From an uncultured Actinomycetes bacterium (GTDB taxonomy: Bacteria > Actinomycetota > UBA4738 > HRBIN12), in NCBI GenBank assembly GCA_963792215.1, contig CAWBVL010000007.1, forward strand, positions 325,044 to 389,043: a stretch of DNA of 64,000 nt, in the 5' to 3' direction. The translations under genes and the position numbers were made by a program. Below, in pieces: positions 48,691-58,741 of this stretch; positions within the stretch are counted from its first letter, which is position 1, and the number at the start of each line of letters is the position of its first letter. The notes below the pieces were generated by a model, which ran no database searches, was not told the origin of the DNA, and worked only from the letters and a program-made list of their open reading frames with translations.

Positions 48691-49644
48691 GTGAAGCGGT
48701 TCACGAAGGGTGCCAAACAGCCCTCCCCCGGCCGACGGATAGGCTGGCCGACCATGGTCCTGGACCTTCCGCCGCTTGGCACCGTCGATCTCGACGGGCC
48801 GGTCGCCTTTCGGGAGTGGGAAGGACCCAGCGACACGACCTTCGTGCTCCTTCATGGGCTGGGTGGTTCCCATCTCAGCTGGATCCAAGCGGCGCCGGGG
48901 TTGGCCGGTCTCGGGCGTGTCCTGGCCCTCGACATGCCCGGGTTCGGACGTTCGCCGCGGGCGGGTCGGCCGACGGGGCTCGTGGACCAGCAGCGGTTGC
49001 TCCACGGGTTCCTCGAGTCGCGCACGGAAGGGCCTGTGGTGCTGGCCGGCAACTCGATGGGTGGCGTCGTTGCGATCCTCGAGGCGACGATGCAGCCCGA
49101 CCGTGTCGCGGGGGTCATCCTCACCTCGTCGGTGTACCCGATGCTCCGCGGGCCGATACCGAACCCGCTCGTGCTCGGGGCGTTCGCGGCCTACGACGTC
49201 CCGAAACTGGGCGAGCTGGTGGTCAAGACCCGCAGCGTTGCGCTCGACCCCGAGAGCTTCGTGCGCGTGGGTCTCCGGATCTTGACGAGCGACCCGTCAA
49301 CGATCCCCGACGACGTGATCTCGCTGCACGCCGAGATGATCGCGGACCTCCGCGCCGACCCCGAGGCCGAGGCCGCGTTTCTCGATGCAGCCCGTTCCAT
49401 CACCTCCTATGTGAAGAGCCGCGACGCTGGACGGCGAGCGATGAGCAACGTACGCGCGCCGGTCCTGGCGATCCACGGCCGAAGCGACCGATTCGTGCCG
49501 GTCGGGTACGCGGAGGCCGCCCTCGCCGCGTACCCGGCGTGGCGCGGCCGGATCTTCGCCCGCGTCGGGCACGTGCCGCACATGGAAGCGCCCGCGCGCT
49601 GGCTCACCGAAGTCGCCGACTGGTACGCCTCGGTCCTGCGCTGA
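48691..49644 (+). CDS. Alpha/beta-fold hydrolase
   Basis: HG motif VLLHGLGGS and nucleophile elbow GNSMGG. GTG at 48691 lies 4 nt after GGAGG (alternative ATG at 48754). Confidence 0.8.
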   Translation: MKRFTKGAKQPSPGRRIGWPTMVLDLPPLGTVDLDGPVAFREWEGPSDTTFVLLHGLGGSHLSWIQAAPGLAGLGRVLALDMPGFGRSPRAGRPTGLVDQQRLLHGFLESRTEGPVVLAGNSMGGVVAILEATMQPDRVAGVILTSSVYPMLRGPIPNPLVLGAFAAYDVPKLGELVVKTRSVALDPESFVRVGLRILTSDPSTIPDDVISLHAEMIADLRADPEAEAAFLDAARSITSYVKSRDAGRRAMSNVRAPVLAIHGRSDRFVPVGYAEAALAAYPAWRGRIFARVGHVPHMEAPARWLTEVADWYASVLR

Positions 49645-49648
49645 CCCC

Positions 49649-51589
49649 GTGCTAGCGTCCGCGCGGATGGGTCGGCGCGCGGCGGTGCTGGTGCTCGCAG
49701 CGGCCATCGGCCTCCTCCTTCCGGGTGTCGCGCATGCGGATGCCGAGCCCGCAGCCGACGTGTCCGCGCTCGACGACGTGTTCGCATCCCAGGTCGTTCG
49801 CATCCAGCCGGGCCAGGCGGTCGAGTGGACCAACGACGGCGCGACGGTGCACACGGTGACCGCGAACGACGGCTCATGGGATTCGGGCACCCTCGACCCG
49901 GGAGCGGCCTTCATGCACACGTTCGACACCGCAGGCGTCTACCCCTACTACTGCCGCTACCACGGGGCCCCGAACCACGGGATGACGGGAACCGTCGTGG
50001 TCGGCGACGTGCCGCTGCCCGGCGCTCCGGCCGACGTCGGTCCCGGGACCGAACACGCGCCGCAGACGTTCGCGCCGACGCTGCACGTGCCGGCCGACTA
50101 TCCGACGATCCAGCAGGCGGTCGACCACGTGAAGCCGGGCGGCATGGTGTTGATCGCACCCGGCGTCTATCGCGAACAGGTCACGGTCACGACGCCGTTC
50201 ATCACGATCCGCGGCGAGGACCGCAACCGGACGATCATCGACGGCGAGTTCCAGCGGGCTTACGGGATCCAGGTGCTCGAGGCCGACGGCGTGGTGATCC
50301 AGAACCTCACGGCGCGACACGCGTTGCTCGATGGCTTCGAATGGAACGACGTGCACGGCTATCAGGGCTCCTACCTGACCGCGTACGACGACGGCGACTA
50401 CGGGATCTTCGCCTACGGCTCGGACTACGGGGAGATCGACCACTCGTACGCGAGTGGGCACCCGGACTCCGGGTTCTACATCGGGCAATGCTATCCGTGC
50501 CATGCGGTGATCACCGACGTCGAGGCGGTCGACAATGCCGCGGGCTTCTCGGGGACGAACGCGGGCGGCGACCTGGCCATCATCAACAGCGACTGGCACG
50601 ACAACCTCGCGGGGATCGTGCCGAACACGCTCGACAGCGAGCTCGGGCCGCCGCAGCGCGACGCGGTGATCGCAGGCAACTACGTCCACGACAACGGCAA
50701 CCCGGACGCACCCACGAAGGCGCTCACGTACCCGGCGTTCGGGATGGGCATCGCGGTCACCGGTGGGCGAGACAACCTGATCGCGGAGAACGTCGTGGAG
50801 GACTCCGCGACCTACGGGGTCATCGTGATGCCGATCGTCGACACGAACCTGTGGGTGACGTCGGACAACGTCGTCCGGGACAACATCGTGCGCCGAAGCG
50901 GACAGGCTGACCTCGCGCTCGGCGCGCCGACACAAGGCGGCGACTGCTTCGCCGGCAACGACGCGTCGACGAGCCAGCCGCCCGCGATCGAGAGCCTCTT
51001 TCCGTGCACCGGCGTGCAGCCGTTCCCGGCCGGCGGCGGCTCGATGGCGCCAACGATGTCCGCGTTGGCGCGCTACCTGGCGGTGCTCGGCGACACCGCC
51101 CCGGGCGGCGACTGGCGCACACAGCCGGCGCCGCCGCCGCAACCACAGATGGAGGGCGACCCCACCAAGGCGCCGCCCATCATATTGGTCGGCGGCCAGA
51201 ACGTGCCGCAGCCCTACACCATCCGCCCGACGAGCCAGGTCGTGCTCGCGGCCGGTCCAACCGTGTCCAAGGAGATCGCGATCATGGGGATGCCGCTGGC
51301 AACGTCGTGGGGAGGATTGCTCGTCGGGCTCTACGGCTACATCCTGCCGTTCGTGCTGTACGCGACGTGGGTCGCGGTCGCGATGTGGGACCTGATCCGG
51401 CAAGAATCGGCGCCGCTGCCGCACCGCACGCGGTGGATGCTGGTGGTGCTGGTCGTGCCGTTCCTCGGACCGCTGTTGTACTTCGCCTTCGGGCGGTCAC
51501 CGATCCCACGGCAGCTACGACTTGTTCTCACTGCCGGCGGGATCGTGGTGTACCTGCTGTTCCTCGGGCTGGGCGTGTTGATCAGCTAG
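49649..51589 (+). CDS. Secreted cupredoxin domain fused to a parallel beta-helix (NosD-like) domain and a C-terminal PLDc_N-type membrane anchor
   Basis: Signal peptide. Type-1 Cu ligand pattern H...YYCRYH...GM. Asn/Gly-rich beta-helix repeats. C-terminal WVAVAMWDLIR...VPFLGPLLYFAFGR. Alternative start at 49667. Confidence 0.75.
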   Translation: MLASARMGRRAAVLVLAAAIGLLLPGVAHADAEPAADVSALDDVFASQVVRIQPGQAVEWTNDGATVHTVTANDGSWDSGTLDPGAAFMHTFDTAGVYPYYCRYHGAPNHGMTGTVVVGDVPLPGAPADVGPGTEHAPQTFAPTLHVPADYPTIQQAVDHVKPGGMVLIAPGVYREQVTVTTPFITIRGEDRNRTIIDGEFQRAYGIQVLEADGVVIQNLTARHALLDGFEWNDVHGYQGSYLTAYDDGDYGIFAYGSDYGEIDHSYASGHPDSGFYIGQCYPCHAVITDVEAVDNAAGFSGTNAGGDLAIINSDWHDNLAGIVPNTLDSELGPPQRDAVIAGNYVHDNGNPDAPTKALTYPAFGMGIAVTGGRDNLIAENVVEDSATYGVIVMPIVDTNLWVTSDNVVRDNIVRRSGQADLALGAPTQGGDCFAGNDASTSQPPAIESLFPCTGVQPFPAGGGSMAPTMSALARYLAVLGDTAPGGDWRTQPAPPPQPQMEGDPTKAPPIILVGGQNVPQPYTIRPTSQVVLAAGPTVSKEIAIMGMPLATSWGGLLVGLYGYILPFVLYATWVAVAMWDLIRQESAPLPHRTRWMLVVLVVPFLGPLLYFAFGRSPIPRQLRLVLTAGGIVVYLLFLGLGVLIS

Positions 51590-51634
51590 TCCACCAGGTG
51601 TCCAGGTACGCGTCGGTCGCGTAGAGCTTGTCGG

Positions 51635-52516
51635 TCATCCCGACAGCATGCGCTCGAGCTCGACGTAGAGCCCGCTGTGGTCGAGGTCTCCGTCGCCGGC
51701 GTCAAGCGCCCGCTGAAGCTGCGCGGCGACAACCTCGAAAGACGGGATCGGTGTCCCCGTGGCGTCCGCCGTTTCCTCCACGATCCGAGCGTCCTTACGG
51801 TGCAATCGGATACGGAAACCCGGGTCGAACGTCCGGTCGAGCATCCGCTGGCCGTGCACCTCGAGGATCTTGGAGCCCGCGAAGCCACCCAGCAGCGCCT
51901 CGCGCACCTTCGCCGGGTCGACGCCTGAACGCTCGGCGAGCAACAACGCCTCGGCCACCGCCTCGATCGTCGCGGCCACCACCAACTGGTTGCACGCCTT
52001 CGTCACCTGGCCCGCGCCCGACGGACCGACGTGGACGATGATCTTGCCGAGCACCTCGAAGATCGGCATCGCACGTGCGACGGCGTCAGCGTCGCCGCCG
52101 ACCATGATCGACAGGGTTCCATCGATCGCGCCGCGTTCGCCACCGCTCACCGGCGCGTCGAGCATCGCGACCCCACGCTTGGCGAAGGCTGCCGCCATCT
52201 CGCGGGTTGGCGCGGGGTCGATCGAGCTCATGTCGATCACGAGGGCGCCGGCCGCCACACCGTCGAGCACCCCACCCTCACCGGTGAGGACGAGTTCGAC
52301 ATCGCTCGTGTCGGGCAGCATCGTGATCGTCACGTCGCTCGCTGCGGCGACCTCGGCGGTGCTCGACGCCCGCGTCGCACCCCCGGCGACCACCTCATCG
52401 ACGGGCCCCGCGCTCCGCGAATGGACGGTGAGGGCCCGGCCGGCAGCGAGCAGGTTCATCGCCATCGGCTTGCCCATGATGCCGAGGCCGATGAACCCGA
52501 TGCGATCGTCGGCCAC
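51635..52516 (-). CDS. Beta-hydroxyacid dehydrogenase (tartronate semialdehyde / 3-hydroxyisobutyrate reductase family)
   Basis: IGFIGLGIMGKPMAMNL Rossmann, DAPVSGG, GAGQVTKACNQ. Confidence 0.85.
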   Translation of the reverse strand: MADDRIGFIGLGIMGKPMAMNLLAAGRALTVHSRSAGPVDEVVAGGATRASSTAEVAAASDVTITMLPDTSDVELVLTGEGGVLDGVAAGALVIDMSSIDPAPTREMAAAFAKRGVAMLDAPVSGGERGAIDGTLSIMVGGDADAVARAMPIFEVLGKIIVHVGPSGAGQVTKACNQLVVAATIEAVAEALLLAERSGVDPAKVREALLGGFAGSKILEVHGQRMLDRTFDPGFRIRLHRKDARIVEETADATGTPIPSFEVVAAQLQRALDAGDGDLDHSGLYVELERMLSG

Positions 52517-52520
52517 GACC

Positions 52521-53855
52521 TCAGTCCTCCATCGCGGCGTCGGCGATCGCGAGCGAGTGGTCGATGATCTCGAAGCCGTCGGCGAGCTGCTCCTCGGTGA
52601 TGCACAGCGGCGGGTTGGTCATCACGTTCCACCACCGGATGAACGTCGCGAGACCGTTGTCGAGCAGCGATCGGTTGAGCGCCTGCATGGTCTCGTTCAT
52701 CGAGTTGAACGGCGACAGCGGCTCCATCGTCTCGCGGTTCTTGACCAGCTCGATGATGCCGAACAGGCCGATGTTGCGGACGCGGCCGACGCTCGGGTGC
52801 TTGGCGGCGAGTTCCTCGTGGTGGCGCGCCATCACCGGCTCGAGGCGCTTCGCGTTGCCGACCAGGTCGTCCTGCTCGATCACGTCGATCGCGGCGATCG
52901 CGGCGGCAACGCCGAGCGGGTGCGTGTTGTACGTGAGACCGCCCCAGAACATGTGGTCGTCGAAGTAGTCGGCGATGTGCGGCGCGAGCGCGACGGCCCC
53001 GAGCGGCGCGTAGGAGGAGGTGAGCCCCTTCGCCGTGGTGAGCAGGTCGGGCACCACGCCCCAGTTGTCGACCGCGAACCACGCGCCGGTCCGGCCCCAG
53101 CCGCACATCACTTCGTCGGCGATCATCTGGATGCCGTAGTGGGTGCAGAGCTCGCGGACGCCCTGGAGGTAGCCGTCCGGCGGGATCAAGATCCCGTTCG
53201 TTCCGGTGACCGGCTCGAGGATGAACGCCGCGATCGTCTCGGGGCCCTCGAGCTCGATCGTCTCTTCCAACAGCGCGAGCGCGGTGTCGGCTTCTTCGAA
53301 CCCGCGCTTCGTGCCGTGGTACGGATCGAGCACATGCACGACGCCGGGCATCGGGGGCGCCTCGTTCGGCCACCGGCGTGGGTCGCCGGTGAGCGCCATC
53401 GTCGCGTAGGTCGAGCCGTGGTAGCTGCGGTACCGCGCGAGGATCTTCTGCCGGCCGGTGAACGCCTTGGCCATCTTCACCGCGTTCTCGTTCGCCTCCG
53501 CGCCGGCCAGCGTGAAGAAGGTCTTCTCGAGGTCGCCGGGCCACAGGCCGGCGAGCCGCTTGCCGAGCACCGCGCGGCCCTCGAAGGCGTGGAACGGCGA
53601 GATGTACGGCAGCTTCTCCGCTTGGCGGGCGATCGCCTCGGTCACGCGCTTGTCGCCGTGGCCGATGTTCACGCCCATCAGCTGCGAGCTGAAGTCGAGC
53701 CACCGGCGGCCGTCGACGCCATACATGTAGACGCCCTCGGCGCGGTCGATCGCGAGCGGCGACGCCTTGGACTGGATGTGCCAGTCGTAGAGCGTGTACC
53801 GCGTCGCGTCCGCGATGATCTGTTCGGCCGTCATAGCGCCGGTCTCGGTGCTCAT
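52521..53855 (-). CDS. Class III (omega) PLP aminotransferase
   Basis: LAGAEANE, ILEPV, ADEVMCGWGRTG, TTAKGLTS (PLP-Lys). ATGA overlap with the upstream ATPase gene. Confidence 0.85.
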   Translation of the reverse strand: MSTETGAMTAEQIIADATRYTLYDWHIQSKASPLAIDRAEGVYMYGVDGRRWLDFSSQLMGVNIGHGDKRVTEAIARQAEKLPYISPFHAFEGRAVLGKRLAGLWPGDLEKTFFTLAGAEANENAVKMAKAFTGRQKILARYRSYHGSTYATMALTGDPRRWPNEAPPMPGVVHVLDPYHGTKRGFEEADTALALLEETIELEGPETIAAFILEPVTGTNGILIPPDGYLQGVRELCTHYGIQMIADEVMCGWGRTGAWFAVDNWGVVPDLLTTAKGLTSSYAPLGAVALAPHIADYFDDHMFWGGLTYNTHPLGVAAAIAAIDVIEQDDLVGNAKRLEPVMARHHEELAAKHPSVGRVRNIGLFGIIELVKNRETMEPLSPFNSMNETMQALNRSLLDNGLATFIRWWNVMTNPPLCITEEQLADGFEIIDHSLAIADAAMED

Positions 53856-55030
53856 GCCTGCCCCTCTCCTGCGTCGTCGCCCTCGTCCGTCGCCGGCGCG
53901 GGACCCGACCCGACGATGTAGCTGTGCTCGGCCGCCCAGCGGAGCATCACGCTCTCGCCCGGATGCGGATCGACCGCGCCGACCTCGTCGTTCAGGCGAT
54001 GGACGGTGAGGCGCTCGCCGGTGCGCAGCAACACGATCAGCTGCGTGATCGACCCGAGATACACGACGTCGATCACCGTGCCGCCCACGTACGAGGCGCG
54101 GTCTTCGGCCGTGCCGTTCGCGAGCTTGATCCACTCCGGCCTGACGGTGATCTGCGCCCGCCCGTCGTCGTGACCCGACCCGGGATCGACCGCGAGGATG
54201 CGCTGTCCGTCGCCGAGATCCATCGCGAGCAGGCCGGCGTCAGTCCGGTCGACCCGCAGGTCGATCAGGTTCGACGTGCCGATGAACCCCGCGACGAAGG
54301 CGCTTGCCGGTCGCTGATACAGCTCGCGCGGCGTCGCCAGCTGCTCGACGACCCCCAGGTTCATCACCGCGATGCGATCGCTCATCGTCATCGCCTCCTC
54401 CTGGTCGTGCGTCACGTAGACGAACGTCGTCTCGGTGCGCTGCTGAAGCTCCTTCAGCTCGAGCTGCATCTCCTTTCGGAGCTTCAGGTCCAGGGCGCCG
54501 AGGGGTTCGTCGAGGAGCAGCGCCGCGGGACGGTTGATCAACGCCCGCGCGAGCGCGACCCGCTGTTGCTGCCCGCCGGACAGCTGCGTGGGCCGCCGGT
54601 CCTCAAGGCCGTCGAGCCGCACCGTGTGGATCACGTCGGTCATCCGCTCGGTGATGTCGGACTTCGAGAGCTTCTTGATCTTCGGGCCGAACGCGATGTT
54701 CTCCGCGACCGTCATGTGCGGGAACAGCCCGTAGGCCTGGAAGACCATGTTCACGTTGCGCTTCGCGGGCGGGACCGACGTGACGTCGCGGCCCTGCAGC
54801 ACGATCCGGCCCTCGTCCGGCATCTCGAAGCCCGCGATCATCCGCAGCGTCGTCGTCTTGCCACAGCCGCTCGGACCGAGCATCGAGAAGAACTCGCCGC
54901 CCGGGATCTGGATCGAGACGGCGTCGACCGCGGTGACGTCGTCGAAGTGCTTCGTGACGGCGTCGACGAAGATCTCGCCTTCGTGGCTCGTCGCGGTGGG
55001 CTCGGTGTCCGTGTCGGATGTCGCGCTCAT
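53852..55030 (-). CDS. PotA-like polyamine/amine ABC transporter ATP-binding protein
   Basis: GPSGCGKTT, LSGGQQQRVALARAL, LLLDEPLGALD. ATGA overlap with the permease gene. Confidence 0.85.
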   Translation of the reverse strand: MSATSDTDTEPTATSHEGEIFVDAVTKHFDDVTAVDAVSIQIPGGEFFSMLGPSGCGKTTTLRMIAGFEMPDEGRIVLQGRDVTSVPPAKRNVNMVFQAYGLFPHMTVAENIAFGPKIKKLSKSDITERMTDVIHTVRLDGLEDRRPTQLSGGQQQRVALARALINRPAALLLDEPLGALDLKLRKEMQLELKELQQRTETTFVYVTHDQEEAMTMSDRIAVMNLGVVEQLATPRELYQRPASAFVAGFIGTSNLIDLRVDRTDAGLLAMDLGDGQRILAVDPGSGHDDGRAQITVRPEWIKLANGTAEDRASYVGGTVIDVVYLGSITQLIVLLRTGERLTVHRLNDEVGAVDPHPGESVMLRWAAEHSYIVGSGPAPATDEGDDAGEGQA

Positions 55031-55905
55031 GTCTGGATCCTGTTCAGTCGGGCGAGCTTGTACGCCAGCAGGGAGAAGACGATCGACACGACCAGCATCA
55101 CGAGGTTCAGCGCCGAGCCGGCGCCCCAGTCGCCCGACCCGAGGATCAGGTCGCGAACGCGCTGGCCCATCATGTAGCTGCCCGTACCGCCGACGATGTC
55201 GGCGGTGACGAAGTCGGTGAGCATCGGGATGTAGACGAGGATCATCGCGATGAAGATGCCGGGCGCCGCGAGCGGGATCAGCAGGCGCTTGGACTGCACC
55301 CACCACCCGGCGCCGAGGTCGACGGCCGACTCGAACATCGACGCGTCGATCGCCTTCATCGCGGCATAGATGGGGATCGTCGTATACGTGATGTAGCTCG
55401 CGGCGAGCGTCACGATCACCGCGAACGGACTGAAGAGCAGCCACGTGATCGGCGGCCCAGGGATCATCCAGTTGACGATGCCGTTGCGGCCGAGGATCAC
55501 CTGCCAGGCGTAGATCTTGACGACGGGCGCGAGCTCGTCGGCGAGGACCAACGACAACAGCAGGAACAGCTCCCACCGCCCCGCTCGGAACACCATGTAG
55601 TACGCGAGCGGGATCCCGATCGCGAGCATGATGATCATCGCGGTCGTGCTCATCCACAGCGTCGTCCAGGCGATCTTCCAGTTGAGCGGGTCCGTCAGGA
55701 CGTCGGTGTAGTGCGAGAGCGTCCGGCCGCTCGAGGTGTTCGGCGGGAACTTCAGGATGCTCATGAACGCCATGATCACCATCGGTCCGAGGAACAGGAC
55801 GATCAGCAGGGTGACCGGCGCGAACAGGATCCCGAACGCGCCGCGCCCGCTCCCTTTTCGCCGTGAAGGCTTGGCCGGCGCGATCGCGACGTCTGCCGTG
55901 GCCAT
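55027..55905 (-). CDS. ABC transporter permease (PotB/PotC type)
   Basis: Six hydrophobic helices and the EAA-like loop MFESAVDLGAGWWVQSKRLLIPLAAP. Confidence 0.8.
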   Translation of the reverse strand: MATADVAIAPAKPSRRKGSGRGAFGILFAPVTLLIVLFLGPMVIMAFMSILKFPPNTSSGRTLSHYTDVLTDPLNWKIAWTTLWMSTTAMIIMLAIGIPLAYYMVFRAGRWELFLLLSLVLADELAPVVKIYAWQVILGRNGIVNWMIPGPPITWLLFSPFAVIVTLAASYITYTTIPIYAAMKAIDASMFESAVDLGAGWWVQSKRLLIPLAAPGIFIAMILVYIPMLTDFVTADIVGGTGSYMMGQRVRDLILGSGDWGAGSALNLVMLVVSIVFSLLAYKLARLNRIQT

Positions 55906-56823
55906 CTAGGTCTCGGCCGACGCGACCACGGCCTCACCTCCCGCGATGATGCCGCGTGTGGCGTCCTCGCCGCTGCGCGCCCGGAGGAACAACAGCGCGA
56001 CCGTGAGCAGGACCACCTGGATGATCGAGATCACCGTCGAGATCGCGTTGACGATCGCGGTGTGATCCGGGTTGCGGACGCTCGAGTAGACCCAGACGGG
56101 GAACGTCTGCTGGAAGCCGAGCGTGAACGCGCTGATCTCGTAGTTGTTGAACGACCAGGTGAACGCGAAGATCGCGCTCGCCGCCAACGCGGGCGCGATG
56201 TGGGGCAGGATGATGTAGCGGAGCACCTGCATCCGCGAGCAGCCGAGGTCGATCGCAGCCTCCTCCTGCACACGCTGGAACCGAAAGAGCTGCGCGCCGA
56301 CGATGGCCGTCACCAGCGGGAACGTGCAGACGACCTGGGTCGCGATCACGGTGTTGAGCGACAGATCGATCTTGAACCGCACGTAGAACATCAGCGCCGC
56401 GATCCCGATGATCAACCAGGGCAGGATCAACGGGGCGCCCACCAGCCCGGCCACCGCCGGGCGCGCGCGGAACCGGAACCGGGTCAGGCCGAACGCGGTC
56501 AGCGTGCCGAGCACGAGACAGATCGGCGCGACGATGCACGCCACGACGATCGAGTTCACGAGCGCGGCGTGCAGGAGCTGGTCGTGGAACGCGTCGGTGT
56601 ACCAGTGGACCGTGACGCCCTCGAGCGGGAACGCGAGCACGTTCGAGTCGTTGATGCTGAACAGCATCAGGATCACGAGCGGGCCGAACAGCACGAGGTA
56701 GACGACGAACAGGAACGCGCGCCACGACCAGGTGACCGCGTGCGAGCGGAACCGCACCCCCGCGGTCGGCGGGATGGCGGTCACCACACGGGCGGTCGCG
56801 CGCTCCGCGACGTTGGTCGCCAT
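55906..56823 (-). CDS. ABC transporter permease (PotB/PotC type)
   Basis: EAA-like loop QEEAAIDLGCSRMQVLRYIILPHIAP. Its stop abuts the next ATG. Confidence 0.8.
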   Translation of the reverse strand: MATNVAERATARVVTAIPPTAGVRFRSHAVTWSWRAFLFVVYLVLFGPLVILMLFSINDSNVLAFPLEGVTVHWYTDAFHDQLLHAALVNSIVVACIVAPICLVLGTLTAFGLTRFRFRARPAVAGLVGAPLILPWLIIGIAALMFYVRFKIDLSLNTVIATQVVCTFPLVTAIVGAQLFRFQRVQEEAAIDLGCSRMQVLRYIILPHIAPALAASAIFAFTWSFNNYEISAFTLGFQQTFPVWVYSSVRNPDHTAIVNAISTVISIIQVVLLTVALLFLRARSGEDATRGIIAGGEAVVASAET

Positions 56824-56835
56824 GGCCTCCCGGAC

Positions 56836-57942
56836 CTAGCTCGCCTTCACTTCGGTCCAGGCCGCGACCCACGCATCACGGTTCTCCGGGGGGCTCGCGG
56901 GGATCGCGTTCTGCAGGTGGAACGGCGCGTCGAGCGAGGCCTCCTGGATCAGCTGCGGCGACGCGAGCTTGAGCGTCTTCTCGTTCGCGATCTGGTAGTT
57001 CCAATGCTGCGCTTCGTACAGCTCCGCCTCGGGGCTCGAGTAGTAGTTCAACAGCGCGTAGACCGCGTCGAGGTTCTCGGGCGCGACGTTCGGCGTCATC
57101 CCGTACCCGCAGGCCCACAGGAACTGGCCTTCCTTCGCGACCGCGAACTTCGCGTTGACGCCCTCTTGTTGCAGGGCCTTGGCGGTGTCCGGGTAGCCGG
57201 AGCTGATCACGATCTCGCCGGACTTGAACAGCGACTTCACCTCGGCGTCGCCCTTCCAGAAGGTGCGGAACTGCGACTTGTGGTCGATCAGGTACTGCTT
57301 GACCTGATCGATCTGGTCCTGGTTCATGTTGATCGGGTCTTGGATCCCGAGCGTGAGGGCGCCGATCATGAACGCGGTGACGGCGATATCCTCCATCCCG
57401 GCGCGGCCCTGCCACTGCGGATCGAAGAGGTCGGCCCACGAGGTCGGCGGGGTGGTGACGACGTCGGCGTTGTAGACGATGCCTGATGTGCCCGCGTCGA
57501 CGGGCACCATGTAGATCCCGCCGTTGTACTGCACGCCCGGCAGCTGCTGCATCGACGGGAACAGATCGTTCCAGTTCGTCAGGCGGCTCTGGTCGAGCGG
57601 GGCGTAGATCCCCTTCTCGTCCATTTGGAGGGTCGCCTCGTCGACGCAGCTGTTCACGACGTCGGCGTCGAAGCCTGCCTGGATCTTGGCGATGGCCTCT
57701 TCGTTCGATCCCATCGACGACGTCTCGAGGTGGATGTTGGGGTACTGCTGTTCGAAGGCGGCGAGGTAGCCGGGGTCGAATCCGTCGGAATAGCTCAGCA
57801 GGCGGATCGTGCCGGTGATCGACGACGGATCGACCGAGCCGTGCGGTCCCGCGCTCGGCGGCGCCGAGGACCCGCCGCCACACGCCACACCCACGAGGGC
57901 GATCGCGATCGCAGCCGCACCCGCACGGACCCACCGTCCCAT
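56836..57942 (-). CDS. PotD/PotF-type periplasmic substrate-binding lipoprotein
   Basis: Lipobox ALVGVACGGGS, 368 aa, PotD-like pattern. Confidence 0.8.
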   Translation of the reverse strand: MGRWVRAGAAAIAIALVGVACGGGSSAPPSAGPHGSVDPSSITGTIRLLSYSDGFDPGYLAAFEQQYPNIHLETSSMGSNEEAIAKIQAGFDADVVNSCVDEATLQMDEKGIYAPLDQSRLTNWNDLFPSMQQLPGVQYNGGIYMVPVDAGTSGIVYNADVVTTPPTSWADLFDPQWQGRAGMEDIAVTAFMIGALTLGIQDPINMNQDQIDQVKQYLIDHKSQFRTFWKGDAEVKSLFKSGEIVISSGYPDTAKALQQEGVNAKFAVAKEGQFLWACGYGMTPNVAPENLDAVYALLNYYSSPEAELYEAQHWNYQIANEKTLKLASPQLIQEASLDAPFHLQNAIPASPPENRDAWVAAWTEVKAS

Positions 57943-58026
57943 CGCAGACCCCTCCTCGTGAACCGTTCGCCGTCGCGCATCGCAGGGCGTCCGCGACCGG
58001 GGCGAACCTAGGTCAGGCGGGGTAGA

Positions 58027-58043
58027 TTGTCAACGGTTGACAA
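58027..58043. promoter_or_regulatory. Perfect 8-1-8 palindrome TTGTCAAC-G-GTTGACAA (candidate GntR/FadR-type operator)
   Basis: Lies between the gntR stop (58058) and the transporter operon start (57942). Contains the GT-n-AC cores typical of GntR-family sites. Confidence 0.45.
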
Positions 58044-58057
58044 GAGTGGCGGTGCGG

Positions 58058-58741
58058 TCAGCCGGCGTCCGCGGACGAAACGACGCCGGCGATCAGATCC
58101 CCCGCCTCCTCCGCATGCTCCGCGAACAGGCGAGCAGCCTTGTCCTCGTCGCCGGACGCGATGGCGTCGACCAAGGGCCGGTGCTGGCGGGACACCTCAT
58201 CAAGCGAACCCAACACGTCGCCGTCGAGGCGGAGCAGGGCGCGCAGGGTCGGGACGTATCGATCGAAGACCTCGACGATCCGGGCATTGCCCGAGAGTTC
58301 ACACAGGCCCTGATGGAACGCGAGGTCGGCGCGCGAGACCGCGGCCGCATCACCGGTGGCGACCGCGGCGTCGATGCTGTCCGCGAGCGCGCCGAGCTTC
58401 TCGAGCGCGCCCGGGTCGGGATCGCGCGCAAGTGTGCGGGCGGCGCGGCTCTCGAGCGCCGCGCGGAGCCCATAGATGTCGCGCACGTCGTCCGCGGACA
58501 TGCTGACGACGAACGTGCCGCGGCGCGGTTCCTCCTTGAGCAGCCCTTCGGAGCGCAGCAGCTTGAACGCCTCGCGCACCGGGCCTCGGCTGATCGCGAG
58601 TTGCTCGGCGATCTTCGCCTCGACGAGGTGCTCGCCCTGGCTGAACCCGCCGGACAAGATCTGTTCGCGGATCCTGTCGGCCGCGTCCTCGGCGAGCGAG
58701 CGCGGCGCGGTCAGTGGCTCGAGGGTCGTGTGGTCGTCCAT
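58058..58741 (-). CDS. GntR-family (FadR/FCD subfamily) transcriptional regulator
   Basis: wHTH GEHLVEAKIAEQLAISRGPVREAFKLLRSEGLL plus helical FCD-like C domain. Confidence 0.85.
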   Translation of the reverse strand: MDDHTTLEPLTAPRSLAEDAADRIREQILSGGFSQGEHLVEAKIAEQLAISRGPVREAFKLLRSEGLLKEEPRRGTFVVSMSADDVRDIYGLRAALESRAARTLARDPDPGALEKLGALADSIDAAVATGDAAAVSRADLAFHQGLCELSGNARIVEVFDRYVPTLRALLRLDGDVLGSLDEVSRQHRPLVDAIASGDEDKAARLFAEHAEEAGDLIAGVVSSADAG

